Part shown: positions 46,601 to 51,764 of the stretch, piece after piece
Layout of the letters: every line of letters starts with the position of its first letter
Numbering within the stretch: the stretch's first letter is position 1
Assembly (NCBI GenBank): GCA_002269645.1
Contig: NIVC01004286.1
Span: forward strand, 1-51,764
Direction of reading: 5' to 3'
From: Macrostomum lignano
Lineage: Eukaryota
Length of the DNA stretch: 51,764 bases
The notes under the pieces: generated by a model
Told to the model about the DNA's origin: nothing
Seen by the model: the letters and a program-made list of their open reading frames with translations, nothing else
The model's database searches: none
Made by a program: the position numbers and the translations under genes

Positions 46601-49084
46601 AGCTTTGCGTGCAGCGGGCGGGACAGAAATGCGTTTTAATGCTACGACCGCGTCCTAGCAACCAGTTCCTGGTGTGTCCTGGCCCGCACACTGACTTCAT
46701 TCAAGTTTGGACATGCCGTGCTTTACTGAATTGGGCCGTTAAGCTTCCTCTTGTAATGCTGCCACCTTGACCCCCTTCATCTGCCCCCCTCTTGACCTCC
46801 CTTGACCCCTTCCTTCATCTGCCCCCTCTTGACCACCCCCTTCCTTCATCTGCCTTCTTTTGACCTCCCTTGACCTCTTCTTGCATCCACCCCCTCTTTA
46901 CCCCCTCGACTCCTTTCATCCAATCCCTTTTGACCCCCCTTGACCTCCTTCTTCTTAAATCCGCACCCTTTTGACCTCATTTGATCCCTTTTTTATCCGC
47001 CCTCGTCTTGGACCTCCCTTGACCCCCTTCTTATATCCACCCTCTTGACCCCATTGACCCCTTCTTTCATCCGCCCTCTTGATCACCCTCAAGCCCCTTC
47101 TTTCATCTGCCCCTCTTGACCTCCCTTGTCCCCCTTCTTTCATCCGCACCTGACTGCCTTCTTACAGCCACCTTTCTTTGACCCTGCCTTTCTCCCACCC
47201 GCCCTCTCCACCCTATCCCTTCTTTTATCCACCCCTCTTGACCCCTTTCGTCTTCTCCTTCCAGCCACCCTTTGACTTCTTCTTTCCTCTATTCTGTCAG
47301 CTGCCTTGGCCCCCCTTTGCTCCTCCACCCGCTATTAAAAAAAGCTGTTAAAAGACATTTCGCTCTACTATAAGTAGCTGAACCAGCACCGCCAACCCGC
47401 ATTTGTCTCGGCAGCGAATCCTTCCTATTCAACCACATGGAGCGCATCGCCGGTCTGCAGTCGCCGCGCACCCCTTTCCTCGGCGCCGCGCTCAGCTGCG
47501 CCCTCCGCGCCGGCAGCACCGGCGGCGACTTCGCAACCTCGCGCATCAACTGGGTGATCCAGAGCTCGGCGGTGGACTACCTGCACTGTCTGCTGGTGGC
47601 CTGCCGCTGGCTCACTGCCAAGTACGGCATCGACGCCCGGTTCGCGATCTCCATTCACGACGAGGTTCGCTACCTGGTGCGCGACAGCGACACCATGCGG
47701 TTCGCCCTGGCGTTGCAGCTGGCCAACCTGCTGACCAGGGCCTTCTTTGCCAGCCGGCTGGGCTTCCGAGACCTGCCGCAGGTGGGCGGGGCGCTGATTC
47801 GGGCTGGGTCATGGTGCCAGCTTAGGCTGGGTCATGGTGCCAGCTTAGGCTGGGTCATGGTGCCAGGTTAGGCTGGGTCATGGTGCCAGGTTAGGCTGGG
47901 TCATGGTGCCAGGTTAGGCTGGGTCATTGTGCTAGGTTAGGCTGGATCATTGTGCTAGGTTAGGCTGGATCATTGTGCTAGGTTAGGCTGGGTCATTGTG
48001 CTAGGTTAGGCTGGGTCATTGTGCTAGGTTAGGCTGGGTCATAGGACTAAGCCAGGATGAACCATGGCGATCTTTCAGGCCAGGCTGGGTCTCGGTGTTG
48101 GACGTACAGTTTATGCATCACTGGGTCAGCAATAGGTCACTGTACTTGAGAAGGGTGATTGGTAGCTTCAGCCATATTACCTTCAGCAGCAGGGTAAAAT
48201 GAGGAGCCTTGAGCAACTTCTAACATCTCTCCGGCTTTCAGTCTGTCGCCTTCTTCAGCGGCGTGGACATCGACAGCTGCATGCGCAAGGACCCGCTGGA
48301 CGACTGCGTGACGCCCTCGAACTCCGCCGGACTCCGGCTGGAGTACGGAATAGAGCCGGGTGAGTGCAGTGGCTGGGTCTGCGAGTCACTTCTGGGTCAC
48401 TGGGTCTCCGAGTCTGTGGGTCACTGGGTCACTGAGTCAGGGTCTGCGAGTCACTACTAGGTCACTGGGTCACCGAGTCTGTGGGTCACTGGGTCACTGA
48501 GTCAGGGTCTGCGAGTCACTACTAGGTCACTGGGTCACCGAGTCTGTGGGTCACTGGGTCACTAAGTCAGGGTCTGCGAGTCACTTCTGGGTCACTGGGT
48601 CACCGAGTCTGTGGGTCACTGGGTCACTGAGTCTGTGGGTCACTGGGTCACTGAGTCAGGGTCTGCGAGTCACTACTAGGTCACTGGGTCACAGAGTCTG
48701 TGGGTCACTGGGTCACCGAGTCTGTGGGTCACTGGGTCACTGAGTCAGGGTCTGCGAGTCACTTCTGGGTCACTGGGTCACCGAGTCTGTGGGTCACTGG
48801 GTCACTGAGTCAGGGTCTGCGAGTCACTTCTGGGTCACCGAGTCTGTGGGTCACTGGGTCAATGAGTCAGGGTCTGCGAGTCACTACTAGGTCACTGGGT
48901 CACAGAGTCTTTGGGTCACTGGGTCACTGAAACTGTGAGTTACTGGGTCACTGAGTCTTTGGGTCACTGGGTCTGTGAGTCACTGGGTCACTGAATCTGC
49001 CATCAATTTCAAATTGCAGGAGTCACGCTTGACATCGAAAAGATACTGCAGGCCACAGGCGGTCGGCTTGACAAGTCAGCTTGA
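27218..49084 (+). CDS. POLG: Mitochondrial DNA polymerase gamma catalytic subunit, ~1150 aa; join(27218-27364, 28182-28701, 29714-29891, 30542-31038, 31419-31586, 42846-43515, 43884-44605, 47415-47781, 48242-48359, 49020-49084); one apparent 1-bp deletion near 28380
   Basis: Exo motifs [24 protein letters not shown]; Pol motifs [37 protein letters not shown]; also [32 protein letters not shown]. All nine introns are GT-AG with matching phases once exon 2 (520 nt, needs 521) is corrected. Confidence 0.96.
27800..28150. repeat. 25-bp tandem repeat AATGTACACCCAAACCCTACAGCCC (POLG intron 1)
   Basis: Period 25 (27920 to 27945). Confidence 0.9.
28182..28701 (+). CDS. POLG: POLG exon 2 (Exo I), frameshift near 28380
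   Basis: [16 protein letters not shown]...HLKRHG in one frame; [20 protein letters not shown]...AFVFDTEN in another. Confidence 0.9.
28680..29085 (+). repeat. 44-46-bp G-rich tandem repeat that copies the POLG exon 2/intron 2 junction (~9 units)
   Basis: GGCTG|GTCCGT recurs at 28697, 28741, 28786, 28831, 28876, 28922 and onward. Confidence 0.92.
29223..29590. mobile_element. Possible MITE with many CGACTC/GAGTCG subterminal motifs (POLG intron 2)
   Basis: Imperfect terminal inverted match GTTCC-GAATG / CATTCTGGGAC; GCGACT/AGTCGC motifs in both orientations. No TSD seen. Confidence 0.3.
29714..29891 (+). CDS. POLG: POLG exon 3 (Exo II)
   Basis: (W)YCWCSP...[21 protein letters not shown]; CAG acceptor, GTGAGG donor. 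Confidence 0.93.
30097..30192 (+). mobile_element. Helitron-like 5'-end fragment within the intron 3 minisatellite
   Basis: Ends are nearly identical to 20129-20215; the internal microsatellite differs (GTAG vs GTCT). Confidence 0.5.
30198..30530. repeat. 11-13-bp minisatellite AAAATCGCCCC(C)T (POLG intron 3)
   Basis: About 27 copies running almost to the acceptor. Confidence 0.95.
30542..31038 (+). CDS. POLG: POLG exon 4 (Exo III)
   Basis: [20 protein letters not shown]...[12 protein letters not shown]...[19 protein letters not shown]. Confidence 0.95.
31419..31586 (+). CDS. POLG: POLG exon 5
   Basis: RLSQTVYD...LADEA...[10 protein letters not shown]...GLP(K); GTGAGT donor. Confidence 0.93.
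31660..34480. repeat. Polypyrimidine (CT-rich) satellite with a 1022-bp internal duplication
   Basis: Modules CTCCCCTCTCCTCTTTCCTAT and CTCTCCTCTCCCAT. Rare variants recur at +1022 (31831/32853; 32119/33141). Confidence 0.97.
35222..37370. repeat. 46-bp satellite GTCACGTAGGCTGGCAGGTGAGAACAGTACAGACATCATGCGGATG (~47 copies) with a 1104-bp (24-mer) duplication
   Basis: Period 46 (35228 to 35274). Variant markers recur at +1104 (35700/36804; 35825/36929). Confidence 0.98.
37577..37620. repeat. (GA)n microsatellite
   Basis: Perfect GA run of about 22 units. Confidence 0.95.
38287..38874 (-). CDS. KCNIP: Kv channel-interacting protein (KChIP/calsenilin; neuronal calcium sensor family), intronless core nested antisense in POLG intron 5; frame stays open to 39297
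   Basis: [35 protein letters not shown]...[26 protein letters not shown]...[17 protein letters not shown]...IMKGLEVFD matches remembered KChIP-type motifs (KFT.KELQ.LYRGFK.ECPSG; C-terminal IM.S..LFD). The true start codon is uncertain. Confidence 0.88.
   Translation of the reverse strand: MSDPDLQANFQRYKPPPIRLLAQRSKFSERELRLLYRGFKQDCPTGLVREEHICGIFAQLFPFGNPAPFARIIFNWLDVDKKESLPFHQYVMWLSELARGSVEEKIVWIFRLYDVNLDGTLSHEEICQFLASIYELLGSHARKKESAKSVHDHASQIFHQMDTEGKGSVTYEDFQRYCHSSPVIMKGLEVFDTCW
39850..39890 (-). promoter_or_regulatory. Possible promoter elements (ETS-type CCGGAAGT and reverse CCAAT box) upstream of the KChIP-like gene
   Basis: AGCCGGAAGT at ~39853 and CTGATTGGCT at ~39880. Motif match only. 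Confidence 0.25.
40425..41075. repeat. 32-bp satellite GAGAAATTCCCCGTGAGGTATTAGCATCCTCT (~20 copies)
   Basis: Period 32 (40458 to 40490). Confidence 0.97.
42035..42780. repeat. 47-bp dimeric satellite (23+24 bp; AATTCCACTCCGGAACTAAATTC + AATTCCACTCTGAAACTATTTTTC)
   Basis: Two related subunits alternate, ending ~65 bp before the exon 6 acceptor. Confidence 0.95.
42846..43515 (+). CDS. POLG: POLG exon 6 (spacer)
   Basis: (K)WYRDL...[23 protein letters not shown]...WG...WFCALPHPQ. Confidence 0.93.
43540..43820. repeat. 28-bp tandem repeat CCTCCCAGATCCTCAGTTGCTGGGCCAG (POLG intron 6)
   Basis: Period 28 (43569 to 43597), ~10 copies. Confidence 0.95.
43884..44605 (+). CDS. POLG: POLG exon 7 (Pol A and Pol B motifs)
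   Basis: [12 protein letters not shown]...[13 protein letters not shown]...[14 protein letters not shown]...[16 protein letters not shown]...WRGG(S). Confidence 0.96.
44640..45440. repeat. ~22-24-bp diverged repeat GGGAATTTTTCGAATGGGAATT (intron 7)
   Basis: More than 30 diverged copies. Confidence 0.9.
45870..46225. repeat. 17-bp purine-rich repeat GAGGGTGAGGGAGCGGA (intron 7)
   Basis: About 20 copies; runs of GGG give G-quadruplex potential. Confidence 0.92.
46765..47330. repeat. Degenerate pyrimidine-rich repeat (CCCCTTCTTCATCCGCCCTCTTGAC-like)
   Basis: CTTGAC/CATCC modules recur. Confidence 0.75.
47415..47781 (+). CDS. POLG: POLG exon 8 (Pol C motif)
   Basis: [12 protein letters not shown]...[16 protein letters not shown]...[11 protein letters not shown]...LLTRAFFA...DLPQ. 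Confidence 0.96.
47800..48045. repeat. 23-bp tandem repeat GGGTCATTGTGCTAGGTTAGGCT (intron 8)
   Basis: Period 23, ~10 copies. Confidence 0.93.
48242..48359 (+). CDS. POLG: POLG exon 9
   Basis: [27 protein letters not shown]...YGIEP(G). Confidence 0.95.
48372..48995. repeat. Compound repeat of GGGTCACT modules, ~65-bp higher-order unit (intron 9)
   Basis: GGGTCACTGGGTCAC(T/C)GAGTC blocks recur. Confidence 0.93.
49020..49084 (+). CDS. POLG: POLG terminal exon 10
   Basis: (G)[20 protein letters not shown] aligns with the remembered GE(A/S)LDIYQI..T.G.L POLG C-terminus; phase 1 matches. Confidence 0.88.
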
Positions 49085-49799
49085 GCCTGACCCACATTTA
49101 CCGGACAGTGTCCGGACAGTGCATTCGTACTCAATTCGCGAGCCTATTTTTGTAGCCTATTTTACTGACATAATCTCGCACGAGAGCTTAACAAAGCCGG
49201 ACATTTTACACATGAAAAATAAATTGCATAACTGCTGTTGGAAACCCGCAGCTGAGCCATGAAAGGGCGCAATCTTCATGGTTACTGAAAGCATTTGTCA
49301 AATATCTGGAAACAAACTGCCGCTTGACAACACAATCTCTGGGTTGTTTATTTCTGTGAATTTCAATTTAGTTGCGATGGGATTAAAGTGATTGCATTTA
49401 AAAAACTGGGATTATTAAATTGCAAGAATCAGTGGGAGAATGACGACAAAATCCAGGATAAGCTCCGGGATGATGATAAGCCTATAAAATGCCAACATCA
49501 ATGATTTCTGATAATGTCTGATTGAAATCTGGAATAATAAAACTGCAGCCGGAGACAACACGGCAATGACTGAATGATGACTGCAGATATTGCACGAGCT
49601 GTCAGGGTCTGTGCGCTCGTGTTTGTACAGGGCAATCCGAGAACAGCACAACACTGAGCTTTTGTTCCTAGCAAGCAAGAGACTGCATGGCGCGCTTCTT
49701 TGCGGCAGTGAAATCCAATTAATTTGTTAATGAGAAGACAACAGAGACTAGATTGAGGCGTAGAGGATGCCAAGGTGAGACTTCAATTCTGGAGCCTCT

Positions 49800-50260
49800 G
49801 TCTTACAAGTGAAGCTCCTGCCTAACAGGTGAAGCCCTGTCTAACGTGTAAAGCCTCCTGTCTAACAGGTAAAGCTCCTGTCTAACGTGTGAAGCCCCTG
49901 TCTAACAGGTAAAGCTCCTGTCTAACGTGTGAAGCCCCTGTCTAACAGGTGAAGCTTCTGATTAACAGATGAAGCTCCTGTCTAACAGGTGAAGCCCCTG
50001 TCTAACGTGTAAAGCCTCCTGTCTAACAGGTAAAGCTCCTGTCTAACGTGTGAAGCCCCTGTCTAACAGGTGAAGCTTTTGTTTAACAGATGAAGCTCCT
50101 GTCTAACAGGTAAAGCCCCTGTCTAACGTGTGAAGCCATGTCTAACAGGTAAAGCTCCTGTCTAACATGTGAAGTCCCTGCCTAACAGGTGAAGCCCCTG
50201 TCTAACAGGCGGCGAAGTCCTTATCTATCAGACAGAGAAGCTCTTGTCTAACAGGTGTTA
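49800..50260. repeat. 20-bp tandem repeat CCTGTCTAACAGGTGAAGCT with an internal CCTGT/ACAGG dyad
   Basis: About 20 copies between the POLG and TNFAIP8-like 3' ends. Confidence 0.92.
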
Positions 50261-50405
50261 CCGACTCGAACAGACAAAATCGGTCCTGCCGGCTTGTAAC
50301 AGGTTTCAAGCAACACTCAATGCTATAACAGTCAACAACGGACACTGATAACGATTCCAATCCAAATCCAGCATAGTGAAGCCATCAAGCTCAAGGCTCA
50401 GGTGG

Positions 50406-51062
50406 TCAGACCACGCCCCTGTCCAGCAGCTCTCCTGCACATCCTGGCACAGGCTGGTCATGTGCGGGGCCAGCGGCGAGCTCCGGTCGAACAGGGCCTG
50501 CAGGAAGCGGGCTCCGTGAACAGATCCGAGCAGGTGCGAATGCTGGTCAGCGACTTCTCGCTCAGGTGCCGCCGGACCATTCGCAGGCGATGGCCTCGCA
50601 GTCCCTGAACTGCTTGGCCAGTTTCTCCTTGTCCAGCTGCCGGCGGCCCGCTGCATGAGCACCAGGTCGTGGCGAGGTCGTTGAAGCGGTTCGCGAAACT
50701 GATCGGCGAGGGCCTTCTCGCTCTCCGACAGGATGTCGTGCGTGTACAGCACGGCGACTTTCATGTTGAGCTTCACGATGTGCTCATGGTCTTCTGGGCG
50801 CGGCTCCGCGACCCCGTGTGCAGGCTTCACGATCCGGTAGATGGAGTCGAAGGCTCGCGCCGAGGTGGCGTCGATGAAGATCTTCACCGCCTTCTGGTTG
50901 AGGGCTTGCCGATCAGCTTTCTTCTGGGCGCGAGGCTCACGGACTGGGCGCTGAACTTCGAGGAGTTCGATCTCCGTCCGCCGCCGTGCCGCCGCTGCTG
51001 GCCGGCCCCGCCCACCGCTCCCGCTCCGAGTCTGCGAGGGTTCGGGCCGCTTGACAGACTGG
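50406..51062 (-). CDS. TNFAIP8: TNFAIP8/TIPE-family protein, main coding exon with many apparent single-base indels (assembly errors or pseudogene)
   Basis: Frame-hopping gives KFSAQSVSLRAQKKLIGKALNQKAVKIFIDATSARAFDSIYRIVK..HIVKLNMKVAVLY...QFRDCEAI..MVRRHLSEKS...FLQALFDRSSPLAPHMTSLCQDVQELLDRGVV*. This is colinear with remembered TNFAIP8 (AQKKILGK...LIDDTSSEVLDELY...RHLTAKS...FLAALY...PHLQKLC). Confidence 0.85.
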
Positions 51063-51084
51063 CTGAGCTGGGATTTGATGGGGA

Positions 51085-51660
51085 TGGGAGGGGATCGTGG
51101 GAGAGGGGGAGAGAGACGGAGAGGAGGGAAGAGAGAGAGAGGAGGGGAAGAGAGAGAGGAGGGGAAGAGAAGAGAGAGGAGGGGAAGAGAGAGAGAGGAG
51201 GGAAGAAAAGGAGAGGAGGGGAAGAGAGGGAGAGGAGGGGAAGAGAAAGGGAGAGGAGGGAAGAGAGAGAGAGAGGAGGGGAAGAGAAAGGGAGAGGAGG
51301 GAAGAGAAAGGGAGAGGAGGGAAGAGAAAGGGAGAGGAGGGAAGAGAGAGGAGAGAGGGGAAGAGAGAGAGATGGAGAGACGAGAGAGGGAGAGAGGAGA
51401 GAAGAGAAAGAGAGGAGGGAAGAGAGAGAGAGAGAGAGGGGAAGAGAAAGGGAGAGGGGAAGAGAAGGGAGAGGAGGGAGAAAGGGAGAGGAGGGAAGAG
51501 AAAGGAGAGGAGGGAAGAGAAAGGAGAGAGGGAGAGAAAGGGAGAGGAGGGGAAGAAAAGGGAGAGGAGGGAAGAGAAAGGGAGAGGAGGGGAAGAGAGA
51601 GGAGAGAGGGAAGAGAGAGAGATGGAGAGACGAGAGAGGGAGAGGAGGGGAAGAGAGACG
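51085..51660. repeat. Polypurine (GA-rich) degenerate satellite, probably intronic to the TNFAIP8-like gene
   Basis: GAGAGGAGGGGAAGAGAAAGG modules. Confidence 0.93.
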
Positions 51661-51764
51661 GAGTTAGATCAAAGAAAGTGGAGAAAAAAAAATAGTGCAG
51701 AAAAATGAAGTAAAGAGCAGTTTAAAACAGTTATATTTTCTGTCGTGGCGATTTTCAGTTCCTG

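Noticed and set aside
42751-47871. Minus-strand and alternate-frame ORFs over POLG exons, and in-frame continuation of exon 6 into the 28-bp repeat
   Set aside because: Shadow ORFs of GC3-rich exons. Splicing 43515 to 43884 gives LPHPQ|GTSVGNP, which matches the conserved Pol gamma spacing.

Overview
Eukaryotic, repeat-rich animal DNA. GC3-rich exons, satellite-filled introns and TTAGGG repeats suggest a flatworm such as Macrostomum; this is inference, not verified. Left to right: (1) a frameshifted Ty3/Gypsy pol (protease-RT-RNase H-integrase), followed by an array of hairpin motifs and an orphan ORF. (2) A 260-bp Harbinger-like MITE family in two copies. One copy is split by a ~7.8-kb insert that carries the intron-containing 3' half of a KDZ (Kyakuja-Dileera-Zisupton) transposase, flanked by oppositely oriented arrays of one 20-bp satellite. 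(3) LINE, Helitron-like and satellite debris. (4) Three tightly spaced plus-strand genes, a possible trans-spliced operon: a small TRAF-type RING-like ORF, a 3-exon TRIQK and a 10-exon mitochondrial DNA polymerase gamma (POLG, ~1150 aa, one 1-bp frameshift). Almost every POLG intron holds its own tandem repeat, and the 11.3-kb intron 5 hosts an antisense KChIP/KCNIP-like gene with an intronless core. (5) A convergent TNFAIP8/TIPE-family exon with many indels. Most long ORFs in the supplied track are artefacts of tandem repeats. Gene models were hand-spliced and family calls are from remembered motifs; no searches were run.
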